A DNA stretch of 64,000 nucleotides from Orbicella franksi. Its lineage: Eukaryota. Shown here piece after piece: positions 39,936 to 51,508 of this stretch. A program made the translations under genes and the position numbers. The stretch covers positions 25,544,001 through 25,608,000 of the forward strand of contig OZ116701.1 in the NCBI GenBank assembly GCA_964199315.1, read 5' to 3'. Each line of letters opens with the position of its first letter. Position 1 is the first letter of the stretch. The notes beneath the pieces were generated by a model, which worked only from the letters and a program-made list of their open reading frames with translations, had not been told where the DNA came from and ran no database searches.

Positions 39936-40337
39936 CAATAGAGTCCTAAAGTGATGACGTCGCAAAAATAATATTTTTGAAAATATGGGATATGATGTCA
40001 TATTCTTATAGAGGATCCTAAAAGATGCCCTCATCCCAAAAATTAGCTCTGAATTGGAATTCCCGATAGAGATATAAGGGATCAAAGTTTGATAGCATCC
40101 CATACAAACCCTTCAAAATTTGTTTCGATTCCTTCAGTTTAGAACTGACTCAAAATTAGAGAGATTTATATGGGGCAGTACCAAATTTTCATCCTTTATA
40201 TTTCGGCTGGGAATTACAATTAAGAGGTAATTTTTGGCAAGGACCCTTTTTTAAGGACGCTCTATTCGAAAATGGCGCCAAATCCCATAGTTTCTCAAAT
40301 TTATTCTTTTGTGACGTCACACTTCAGGACTCTATTG
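39936..40337. mobile_element. MITE with ~33-bp TIRs
   Basis: CAATAGAGTCCTAAAGTGATGACGTCGCAAAA / TTTTGTGACGTCACACTTCAGGACTCTATTG. Confidence 0.85.
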
Positions 40338-43300
40338 ATATATTACTGGCATTGCGCATGCTCTGCAGGGGACGCTATCGTATTTCCAGATACGTTTTGA
40401 CGGGGCCTTAAACTTTGAAAAACACTAGATTTCCGAAATATACCCACTATCGTTGCCTTGAGAAGACGGTCAGTTGTTTAAATCATAGATTAACGTGTTC
40501 CTTGTAAACATTACGAAAAGCCACAAATTTTTATCACAATTGCTCATAGCCTTGGGGGTAAATTGGGTTAAGTATACACAAAAGTTTATAGTCTATTACT
40601 CAACAACTGTATCTGGGGTGATCACGACTTTGGAGACAAATTCCGGTATTTGGCTTAAAACCGTAACTGGTGTAAAAGCTTCCAGATGATGTTTTCTTAA
40701 ACTTTTCATTATTTGATTGAAGTGTAACGACGAACATTTCCACACCTGCTTCCAGTTCCTTTCAATTCAGACAATATTTAAATAAAGTAAGTCAGGTGAA
40801 TTTGAAATAATCAGTCTTATTTTTAGTTCAAGATAACGTCAACAGGGCTTTTCGGTTTAGTAAGTACCGATAAATTGAATACCTTTTTATCGTCGATATC
40901 TATATTTGATTATGCCTCTTTTAGATCTGTAATTTACAAAATTTTTCAGTTTCAATTCAGTTGTGAATTTGTTTCGACACACTAGGTTTAACCAGTAGCT
41001 ATATAAAAAGACTTGAATTAACTGTTTCAACGGGATACATAATAGTAACGTGAAATAAATGTTGCTTGTAAATGCAGATAAAATGCGTGCCTTCTGCGTA
41101 CATAACTTATTTATTCCTGTTCAGTGTTATTCCACGTTAATTTAAATTTGTTGACACCGAGCTTGGGGGACAAAAGATTTATTTTCCCTTCTCAAAGTCA
41201 TTAACCTGTTAATCTGAAACAGAAACCACTTTGCGATATTACGTTCGGCAGCATTCAGCATTTGAATTCAAATCCTTAGTTCAATTTAAGATAAAGGATT
41301 GTTATGTTTTCTATAAAAACGCATAGAATTGTTCCGTATAATTTTCATAAATTAACAATCCATTTCAACTGCTACATGCCATTAAATTAATAATTAGGTT
41401 AGTTATCAGTTTTCTTATCATCTCTCCGACAATAAGGTTCAAAGACGAAATTAGATAATCTAATAATATTGCACGCACACGAAAACAGTCTCATTTCCGT
41501 CCTAATACACTGTGCAGAATAAAACCTCTTCTTATCAATGGCGCTGTAAGAAATCTTTTCCTTGAGATGGGACCAATTCATTTACTGAGATCACCTGGTG
41601 TCGGGAAGTGTCCTTGAATTTTATTCTCCGGTTGGACTAACACTCACACTAACACTCCTCATGAAAAAAAGTATAGCGCCGGCACAAGGTATATGGTTCC
41701 TGGTAATGTAATGGATTTTGTTTGGCCGGGCGCTTGCGATTCAAAGGAGATCGTGGTTGATTGATGAAATAACGCATTCACATTTTCAACCTTTGTTTAT
41801 CTATATTATGAATAACCGCTTTGGTTGTATAGTGGCAACGATAAGTTTTTAACTACCACGCTTCATGAAAAATTGTACATTGGCCACTAAGTATATTTCA
41901 GTAAAGTGCACTTAGTTTACAAAGTTATCTGTAACGGTCCAGATAAAAAGCAGACAGTACCTGATAATTTCTTGATAATGATGCGCGCTGCGACTTTATT
42001 TTAATAAAATATCTGACCAGTTGGGACTATATCGACACCTCGGGCACCTCTCGAGTACAGACGAGATTAAAATAGGACTTATCGGACTCCTTGGGCTTAG
42101 TATGTTGCAAGGCGAATCAGTTATTGAACAGAAAATGCGTTTTATTCCACATATTTATTTGAAACAGGAATACTGGTCGTCACACGCTTCAGAAAGTCGT
42201 CGGTTTCTACCCTGTGTTGACCGAGAAAAAATAGCGAAAATTTATTTCCGTTTCATTTTTTTTTTTCGGTAATTTTAACGTGTAAAATAATAATATAGGT
42301 TGAATTTTTGGTTAGTACCACAGTTATTACGTTTGGATTCGCTGGCCACTTTGTCGGTTATGTTAATATTATCTGTATTGTGTGGAAATAGATTTCAGTC
42401 TGTACAAAAGTTTTTTTCTAAGGCATGTTTGGTAGTCGGATATCCGTCAATCACAACTGCTTAGCAAGCAATCTCGAGAGGGTGAACTTTGTGAAATGCT
42501 TTTGACAAAAATTCTGATTGATCATTTTCTGTCGGTCAAGAAGACAAACCTTACCCTTATCTACCATCATAATTTTGTTCTAAAAGAAGGTGGCGGACTT
42601 TTAAGAGTCAAATTAGCTTTATGCATATTTTTTGACAGATTTACATCAGCTTTTGTGATAAAATAAAACGCATTTTCACTGACGTCTTGGGGGGATAAAA
42701 GTATTACTTCAGGCTGTCAATTTTGAGAGTTTACCACAAAGCGTGGTACTCTATCGTACATTTCAGCCGCGCATAACTCTCGTTGCATGTCGTTCTTGTG
42801 AATGCGATATCGAAATAACGTTTGACATTCTCAACAAACCAGCATCTTGGCAAAGGCTTCAAATGACTTTTTGTTGGTACGCCAGTTTACATTTGGCATC
42901 GTTTTTGTGGAAGGGAAACTGAAACGACATCTTTGAATACGCTACCAAAAATTTCAATTAAATTTTCTACCAAGATCTTTTTCTGTAATAGAGGAAAGAA
43001 ATAGTTTTTCAGCCTTGCTCAAAGCCACGTGAATCCTCAAAATGATGTGGACCGTATTTCACGAGCACGTATGTACCTGCATGATAATAAAATGATGTAC
43101 ATTTTTTTAATTGAAATTCCATTTAGTGTCGATAATTACTTAACAGAACTTAAGCAGAATCAAAGAATTAAGGTACGTCATTTGTTACGATAGAAACAGG
43201 TGTTAATTTTCCTAGATATTTTTAATTTAGGCTTTCCGAACTTGTGTGGTTGTGACAATTAACAATATTTTAGCCTAGCTCGGATTCATCTTGGTTTATT

Positions 43301-43390
43301 CTATTAATGTGTCATGTGTAAGACACCAAAAAATAATATTAATATTAATATCAATATCAATATTAATATTAATAATTATATCAATATTAA

Positions 43391-43493
43391 TAATGGTAAT
43401 TGAACTGAGTGGAGTGCAGTTTGGTCTGAAATCATACGAGTGATTTCAAAATCGAACGAGCGCGCAGCGCGAGTTCGATTTGAAATCACAAGT
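43391..43493. repeat. Palindromic interspersed repeat fragment after an AT-rich tract
   Basis: GTGATTTCAAAATCGAAC...GTTCGATTTGAAATCAC hairpin at 43440-43489. Confidence 0.65.
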
Positions 43494-44793
43494 TGCTATT
43501 GCAAGTTATTATTGTTTTCATTGCAATTAGGTATTGCTAATGCTGCAAATGGCCAGATAACCAAGAGTAACAAATTAGATGTTTTTCAGTTGTTCGCTAT
43601 CAATCATGGCTCTCATTCATCTCAACCGAAATTCACATGCAGCAACAATATGGCGATTTTCTTATATACAATTGGAATCATGAAACACTTAGTGTTAAAA
43701 ATAGTTACACTTGAACTATCACAAAATTATTTTGGGTCAAAATAAAAGCAGATGTCGATTACGAAACCACATTTTACGCAGCAGCAATATTTTTCGTTGG
43801 TTTGATTTTTTAACTTTAATTAGTAGAGATAATATATTCTGTAAAGTAACATTATTTTTGACAGGAGTCCAATATAAGCAATGGAAACAATTAAATTTCT
43901 TTTGTCTCTTTTAATTGTCAATAAAACTCAATTTCTCCGGCAGTTCGTGGGGTTCGTTCTGTCACGGTAATTTAAACTGATCATGTTAAATCAATAAAGG
44001 AAAACGGGGATAAGCTGAATTATGATCGTTATATTGGCTACAATTCTTTGCTGGTCTCTTAAAACTGGATAAAAAGGAAATAAAATCTACAAATTTAGTA
44101 GCTCCATTGGAGAGTAGCTAACAGACATTTTTTAATTGTTGACAAAAATGGTGAAAAACTTCCACATATCATGAAACAGCATTTTAAGACTAAATCTTTG
44201 AAAACTGATTTCGAAGATGAAGCGTTGAAGGCGAGTTTTCCATAGCAGAAAGGTTTTTGAAAAAAAAGGTCCTTTAAATTTAATTAAATCGTTTTCTTGT
44301 AAAAATGTGTTTATGGTCGTAAAGGTGTTAAGTCATATTCCATGTTTGTTCCTAATATATTTTTCAATACCATGCAGACATTAAAACAAAGGATTTTAAA
44401 GCTCCCCCGCTGAAACTACCTACTGACGACGGAACAACAAGAAATAAACGAATTTAAAAAAATGCTCTACTACCAGGGCCACTTTCGATTGATTACAATG
44501 CAGTAGTTAGACTTAAGAAATTATCTGCTGAATTCAGTGAGTTCGTGTTTAAAAAACTAGGAAAATCATGTAAAAAGGTAGTCCAAAAATTCTTGATTTA
44601 ATGACATTACCTCATGTCAGCTCGTCAGCCAGACAGAACCCGTTTAGCGGAAGTGTCAGTTAGCATTGTAGGTCAACATGTTTGCCACAACATTCAAACT
44701 TGACGTTTCTTTTACAGAGACCGAACTGCAGTTAAACTGCAATATATTGGATTGTGTCCAGTGTAGACTGCACCGGACATTGGGTCGTTGGCG

Positions 44794-44934
44794 ATGGCTT
44801 GGCAGCCCTACAGGCGAACCTGCAGCCCATTTTTGCTGATTCTATGGATTTTCACCCTCTTCAATAATGTGAAAGGAGGTCCAAGCGATTCAATTGTCAC
44901 GAAGGCTCGATGTTACGCAAACTGCCTGACTGAG
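44794..44934 (+). CDS. First coding exon of a secreted Cys-rich protein, anosmin-1-like (tentative)
   Basis: MAWQPYRRTCSPFLLILWIFTLFNNVKG (signal-peptide-like) then GPSDSIVTKARCYANCLTE|GTAAAC phase-0 donor. ARC-x2-CL resembles the anosmin N-terminus. Confidence 0.6.
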
Positions 44935-47618
44935 GTAAACTTGCCTTTCAATATACTTTCTCAAGAAGTCGTAACGTACTCTTACTAACTTATAGGTCTA
45001 AATCATTCTAATCAAGCAACAAACATTTCGTGAATATTCAAGTTTCAGATGGAGAATTTTCTAAAGCTTCTTAAAAGTTCTTAATTGTTTTTAATTTATA
45101 GGCGACTTTCGAAAGGTCCCATATTATTGATACCTCTGATAAATGAATGCTACAGATTACAGACTACCGTATGATCTCAAGTCTTTTCAAAGTCGCGCAA
45201 CAAAAACTAAATCATAAGGATATACAACAACCATGTTTGAGCTAGCAAACCAAGTCTTATTTCCTCAGCAGGTTTTCACCCGGCTAAATAATCAAATAAG
45301 CCGGGCAAATATGCGGTATCCGCAACATATGACGTATACAGGCAGAATAACACCCGGGAACATATTTTCTTCCCTTGACGAACTAAACGTTTATGAATTA
45401 AGTCCTCTGAGTTGTAATGAAAATGGATTTGATGTTACCATTTCAGTTAAAACTTAATCATTCTAGAATTTGGCTGAAACGTTTATGATTAATATTGGTA
45501 TTGTGCTTTTAAAGATTAGTATTGGCTGATGAAATTCACAGTGACCACGAATTTGCAATATCTTTTTTTTTCTTTCCGCTAAAACATGAGTCCAAGCTAC
45601 AACAGGTCTCGTTTATTTCTGCCGGAAAAAAAGTCCTTGTTTTAATTTTTCTTTAGGTGTCAAATTAACGATAATTACTTACGCTTATTGAAAGCCGGAT
45701 TAAAGTGCCACTAGCCCCCCAAATTTTTTTTCCTTTAATAAAATCTACTAGTTTCCCTGATTACTTACTTATTTTGGCGAACCCGAGATCGAAGAAATTC
45801 TCAACGGCTCCCCAGCTTTAGCTTCGCACAGATTAGCCCACTTCTTTGGTCTTTTTCTATTCTACGCATCCTGTATTGCTACAGCCTCCAACAACTTATC
45901 TTCCTTGCATGCTGCAATGATTTTGACACACACTATCCCATGTTCGCATACATTCTTCTCAGAAACAAAATATTGTTATTCCCGAAGTGACGTCAAAAGC
46001 CAACTCGTCCCATTCTCCGCTCTTCCTCGCTCGTGAACATGGAAATTTACAAACTTTTAAAATTCATAGAAAATTAATGAAAATAACTACAACGATAATT
46101 TTTTCGCAGTGGTGATCAGGAGAAAAAGGAAATTTATATTAGCGAAAAAAAAAAAATTAGGGTTAGTGGCAGTTTAAGTATTGTGTTTAACGTGGTGTAA
46201 TTGCAGTGCTTCATTCTTATAAATCAAGAAGCGGATATCAAGAAATGATTATCACTCAGTACCAGCTAGCAGTTTGCGTACAATTTTTTGGCGTGTACGA
46301 TCTGAAAAGTCTCATAAAATACGATCTTCTTGTAAAATTAGCTGAATTAAGCATTAATGGCACAAAGTCAGTTTTCATGAATTGGAATACTTTCATGACA
46401 AATTTTGAAATGAAATCGTTTATAACTCTCCTACTTTCATTTAAAAAAAATTAATATCTAAGTTCTTTGGGTAGTTTTATTTAAATCATTTATTGGGCTT
46501 AACGAATATTTCTATTTTTGGCAAGAATCGCCTCAAGTTACGCCGCTCTATTACAAATACGGTACATTTCGTTTGGACAAGGTGGTTAGCTTCTGCAGCT
46601 TGAATAAATAAATGGATTAATAACTAAATTTTAGACACCGATTGCTTAAATACACGAGTTCACGAACGACCAACTGGGTAATTTTCACATGATAATCTAC
46701 AATAAATGGGTCAAAATGAAATTAAGTTTTAGGATGTCACTTAATGAGTTTGCCACAAAAGTAAACGTTCGGGTTGGTTTCTCGCTTATTGTAACACCTG
46801 ACATTTGTTAAAAAAATAATTGCAATTTTCGCGAATTCGGAACAATTTTAATTTCGTTTGAGTTATTTTGATGATGGAAATTTCCTTGGGACAAACAGCA
46901 TACATACATAAAATTACAGCGGAAGTTTATATCCCCTGAATCGTTGTACGTTTTAAACGCAACCAGACTACATTATTTAGAGAAGGGCTATGATTTTGTT
47001 ATTTGCTAGTTTGAAACATGATAGACTTCATTCATTTAACAAAACGTGTCAGCCAAATGTATAAGGATTTCATACAAAACAGTAAGTTTTGTTGTGATTC
47101 ATTTCACATTCACCCTTGATTTAGTATATTTAATTATTTCCGCAGCTAAAGAGTTTCTATAGTTACCTTACAGCTTATGCAGTTGGGTAGTACGCACAAC
47201 GTATATTCCCTCAAAAAGTCATGCACTGGTATTTTCATTTCATGCACATGGTTGAAACTAAGAGCGAATCATCACGAGAACTCGCCCGAGAGGAACAGGT
47301 TAAGAATAATGGAAGGAAAGACAAGAGCTAACAAAATTCTAAAGAGTAGTATTTCAACAAACAATGTCTCTAATTAAACATATTTGACTTCGCCACGCAA
47401 CCTAATACAATTTTTGTTAAATTTAAAGTGAAAGGGGTGATCCTACTCTAGCCATACTGTTCATTTTCTTTTTGGTGAAGAACGTTATACATATACTTGC
47501 GTCACCACAGCATCAGCCTTCAGGTTACATTGGCTAAGGGTTGTCTACGAAATGGCGTCATTTTCTCGTTTCTACAAAGCTTCGAAGGAATATTTAGAAA
47601 TTATATTGGAATACTTAA

Positions 47619-48106
47619 AGTGCCACTATGATGAAATTCTCGATATCCATTTCTTTACATTTTCGTACAAATTAAGTCTTTCCTAGATATTTTGCCAAAT
47701 TTCAATTTTCTACGAACATTAAATCTCGTGGTTTTTGGACCTTAATTTCCGAGAATTTACGGCCGCCATTAATTTTCCTTGTTCCAAGTCTTGGTTGAAA
47801 ATTTGAGAAAATGACGTCATTTTCTCAAAGTTTTTGTTACTCTTTATGCGAATTGCTGTGCTAATTGTTATTATAATTTCAACCCGTGTGGTATTTTTGA
47901 GAAAATGACGTCATTTTCTCAAATTCTCAACCAAGACTTGGAACAAGGAAAATTAATGGCGGCCGTAAATTCTCGGAAATAAAGGTCAAAACGACATGAG
48001 TTCTAATGTTCGTAATAGATTGAAATTTGGCAAAAAATCTAGGAAAGACCTATTGTGTGCGAAAATGTAAAAAAATGGGTATGGAGAATTTGATCATAGT
48101 GGCACT
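47619..48106. mobile_element. Kolobok-like MITE with ~210-bp imperfect TIRs
   Basis: TTAA|AGTGCCACTATGAT ... ATCATAGTGGCACT|TTAA. Confidence 0.88.
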
Positions 48107-48405
48107 TTAAGTCCCCCAAAACGAATAGAATGTCATTCAGCGTGAAGCGACTTGCAAACCTCAAAATTGCTAGATGAACAGATGAACGCGCGTTTCAAAT
48201 ACTACTCATAGGTTAAGAAATAATTGAAAATCATTGTTTGAAGGAAATTTACTCAGAACTCTACTAGGAGAAATGACAGCTGACAGGTGACAGATGACAG
48301 ATAATTCGCCTTTCGGTCTCCAGCCTTATCAGCTGTCATCTCATGGAAATCGAAGGCGAATAATCTAATATATAGATTTAGGCCAGCCTGAAAGCGAAGC
48401 TCCTG

Positions 48406-48601
48406 GGCCGGGTTGTTCAGAGTCAAATTAAGCTGACCCCAAAAAGTTTTCTGTATATTGTTTGGCCTTCTGTTTTGAGTTTTAATAATCACTATATACA
48501 CAAAACAAAGCAGCGAAAACCATTTGTATAGAGGAAAAATATATATCGCGGTTAACTTTTAATCCTGGGTTAGCGTTAACCGGCTTCCGAACAATCCTGC
48601 C
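48406..48601. mobile_element. Harbinger-like MITE
   Basis: CTG|GGCCGGGTTGTTC ... GAACAATCCTGCC|CTG. Confidence 0.7.
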
Positions 48602-48604
48602 CTG

Positions 48605-49037
48605 TTTTCAACAAGTTAACCCGAGATGAGCCCGCGATCCAATCGAAAAACGGCACTTGGTCAGCAGTCAACTTTATAAAACACTCGACCTCGATAAGCT
48701 GTAAACTTGAGCCCGCGATATGGTCACGTGATACTGGTCAGCGGATACCGTGTTTTGACAGGTGTCAATTGATCATAACTTGGATGTCCAATATCAAAGA
48801 AGTACACTGTAAACCAAGGCTGCATATCTCTGTCAACCTATTATTTGGAGTATGGTCGCCATGTTGCGCGACTCCGTCGTCGTCGTCGCCGTCGCCGTTG
48901 CCGTCGTGCGTACGTGCCCACGGGCAATACCGCTAGCCATGATAACCATGAGAAAATCAACTCATGGGTTTCCTTTTCTTTCCTATATGAGTATGGGGCT
49001 CCGCTTGGCGGCTCTTCGGGCCGCCGGAGCTCCGCTA
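48605..49037. repeat. Dispersed repeat, copy 3 (longest)
   Basis: Contains both the segment shared with 1654-1735 and the hairpin-ended segment shared with 36268-36488. Confidence 0.85.
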
Positions 49038-49391
49038 AAAACTGCGGGATGAAACTGACTCAGATTGCTTTTGGAATCATTCATCTATCAGCCAGCCTGT
49101 TACAAGCCACTGAAGAAGCATTTACGAACAACCAAGTGGCAGCCTTCTGCTTGAAGGCAGCAAAAAGTGGTCTGTATCTGTCAGTTTCAAGTTCATGTAC
49201 CAAACCCGTATATACCACTAATGCTGTGTTTACACTTGAGCTTTTACCAAGGTAAAAATTTACTAAGGTCAAGTTGCTTAACCTTAGTACATTCGTCCAC
49301 ATGGACAATGGTGGTTCTGTGACAGGTTTTAAAAATAGTTCTGTGACAGTTCACGGCTCGCTTCGCTCGCCGCGAATCATACAGAATTTTT

Positions 49392-49392
49392 A

Positions 49393-49435
<43 letters not shown>

Positions 49436-49865
49436 TTTTTTTTTAAAAATCAAACTTTATTGAGCACTTTTCCATACAAACTTGAATCTTACATGTATCT
49501 GGTAAAAAATTCAGAAATTCTGTTGTTCCTTAAGTTTTCGGTAATTATAATAGTAATAATAATATCAAAATAATAATAATAATAATAATAATTTATTATC
49601 ATCATCGTCATATCATATATGTCATGATATCATGGTTACTACAACTAAAGCTAATACTACTACTACTACTACTTTTTTTTTTTTTTTTTTTATAAATAAG
49701 GTATATACAAGGTAAAAGTAAGTAAAAGAAGAAATAAACTATTAAAACCTATTTCAACAGTGTTTACATAATGGCTCCCTCCTGGGTTTCAACGTCACTA
49801 TCGGTATATTACAAGGTAAAAGTAAATAAAAGAAATAAACTATTAAAACCTATTTCAACAGTGTT

Positions 49866-49918
<53 letters not shown>

Positions 49919-49933
49919 ATATTAATAATAATA
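49392..49933. repeat. Microsatellite cluster: (TAA)n, poly-T, (CTA)n, plus a ~60-bp direct duplication (49707-49767 / 49812-49868)
   Basis: Directly visible. Confidence 0.9.
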
Positions 49934-50221
49934 ATGGCATTTCGGGTAGTATATCCACAGGGTGGCTCTTCACCTGCCCGATGCTAACTAAATTTACAAT
50001 TGTAAAAAGGTTAAAAGATATCAAAAAATGTATATCTATATGTAAACGAGATATCTGTACACAGAATTTGCCAGTATCCATTAGACTCCACACCTACTAC
50101 TGAGGGCGCGCGTGATGTCGCACACCCATTTGAAAACTTGCCTACGCTAAAAAAAATTAATTGAAGGTTTGCAAGTTTATTGTATTGCGATGGTGGATAT
50201 TATCAACCCGTCAGTTGAAAC

Positions 50222-50659
50222 ATGAACAATCTTTCAGTCGAGGAAGTGACAGTTAAATACATAAACATGCTTTTAGAAAAAGAAGTGGGAGCTAGAAAAA
50301 TGAACCATCCTTCAGAAGAGGCAGTGGATCAGTTAAAAAGTCTTTTTGATTATATGGATGAACTTAAAGAAAAATTCTCTGTTAGTCTTAAAGAAAATTT
50401 TTCGGCGACGCCCAAAGAACAAAGACCTGAAATTGAGAAAAAGATGCTGAACCTTTTGATCAATTCACTTTTTAAAGAAGAAGCGTCAGATCTTACTGAT
50501 CCGGAATTGAACGTGACTTTAGATAATTCTTTGTGTGATTTTTTTCAGCAGTATCTTCCAAAAATAGTCGATAAATTTTGTAAGCTCTGTTTGAGCGCGA
50601 GACCTGAAGAATTGCACTTTGTTTTTCAAGAATTATTTAAAGGTTTGTATTCATGTTGA
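50222..50659 (+). CDS. Hypothetical accessory protein, 145 aa
   Basis: Open ORF in the terminal region of the element; no motif recognised. Confidence 0.55.
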   Translation: MNNLSVEEVTVKYINMLLEKEVGARKMNHPSEEAVDQLKSLFDYMDELKEKFSVSLKENFSATPKEQRPEIEKKMLNLLINSLFKEEASDLTDPELNVTLDNSLCDFFQQYLPKIVDKFCKLCLSARPEELHFVFQELFKGLYSC

Positions 50660-50665
50660 ATAAAG

Positions 50666-50986
50666 ATGGCGCTTGCAAACAACGTACCCACGGAAGAGGA
50701 TTTTCAAGACCTCCAACAAAATCTACCCGACGTTACAACAAATCAACAAGTCGAACTTGATTATGAACCTGAACTGCAGCAAGAAAAAGAGAAAAATTAC
50801 TGTTGCGACGCCTGTGGCAAAAGATTTACTCAATCGAACTCGCTTAAAAGGCACAGAAAATATAGTTGTGAAAGTTTGGAAACAGAAAGGCTTCCTAAAG
50901 AAAGCTGCCCAGGATGTGGTAAAATGTTGCATAAAACGACGGTTTACAAGCATAAAAAAAATGGCTCTCCGAAAAAAGTTAATTGA
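50666..50986 (+). CDS. Small C2H2 zinc-finger protein
   Basis: CDACGKRFTQSNSLKRHRKYSC followed by CPGCGKMLHKTTVYKHKK. Confidence 0.75.
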   Translation: MALANNVPTEEDFQDLQQNLPDVTTNQQVELDYEPELQQEKEKNYCCDACGKRFTQSNSLKRHRKYSCESLETERLPKESCPGCGKMLHKTTVYKHKKNGSPKKVN

Positions 50987-51011
50987 AGGTTTGCGTGTTC
51001 ATTGTATAGCG

Positions 51012-51257
51012 ATGGCAGACATTATCAACCAGTCAGCTGAAAACATGAATAATCTTTCAGAAGAGAAATATAAAACAACTACGGACAAACAGAGTCTTTT
51101 TATGCAAGCTGGTATTATTGCAAGTGCGAGGTCAATGAATGAGGGCGAAGAAACGCAGGTCAATGAGTTTGATGAACTCGAATTAATGAAAAATCTTTTG
51201 AAAAGCTATAAAGCTTCTAAAGAACATTTAAGAAATTTTGCCGCTCTTGGGACATAG
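51012..51257 (+). CDS. Hypothetical protein whose start is paralogous to the 50222 ORF
   Basis: MADIINQSAENMNNLSEE, within an ~82-bp direct repeat. Confidence 0.45.
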   Translation: MADIINQSAENMNNLSEEKYKTTTDKQSLFMQAGIIASARSMNEGEETQVNEFDELELMKNLLKSYKASKEHLRNFAALGT

Positions 51258-51427
51258 TATCTTGGAGATCAGAAATATTCTAACAGATTTTCAAGAAGTT
51301 GTGCCGCCTTTATTACAGCGTATTTGGAAGGGATGAAAGATAATGAAAAACAAGTAGTTTTGGCCTCCGTTGGGGTAGGGGGTTTGATTGAGAAGTTATT
51401 AGACGCTATTGCGCTTAGTGCACGTTT

Positions 51428-51508
51428 AAGATAAAGAAAAAAGCAATTTTAATTGCTTTTTTCTTTATCTTGAATACTTGCAAAGCTTTAAAAAGCTTTG
51501 CAAGTATT
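51428..51508. other. Two adjacent perfect hairpins (21-bp and 17-bp stems, 2-nt loops)
   Basis: AAGATAAAGAAAAAAGCAATT-TT-AATTGCTTTTTTCTTTATCTT, one G, then AATACTTGCAAAGCTTT-AA-AAAGCTTTGCAAGTATT. Confidence 0.95.

Noticed and set aside
36500-44700. Protein-coding genes or tRNAs in this AT-rich stretch
   Set aside because: Only short motif-less ORFs and repeat fragments; no tRNA or rRNA signatures recognised.
49867-49933. (ACT)n tract as the Maverick terminal repeat
   Set aside because: Wrong orientation for a canonical AGT-type left end, and embedded in microsatellites and retroelement-like tail debris.
49244-50103. ORFs with poly-Ile, poly-Thr or poly-Val runs
   Set aside because: Translations of (TAA)n and (CTA)n microsatellites.
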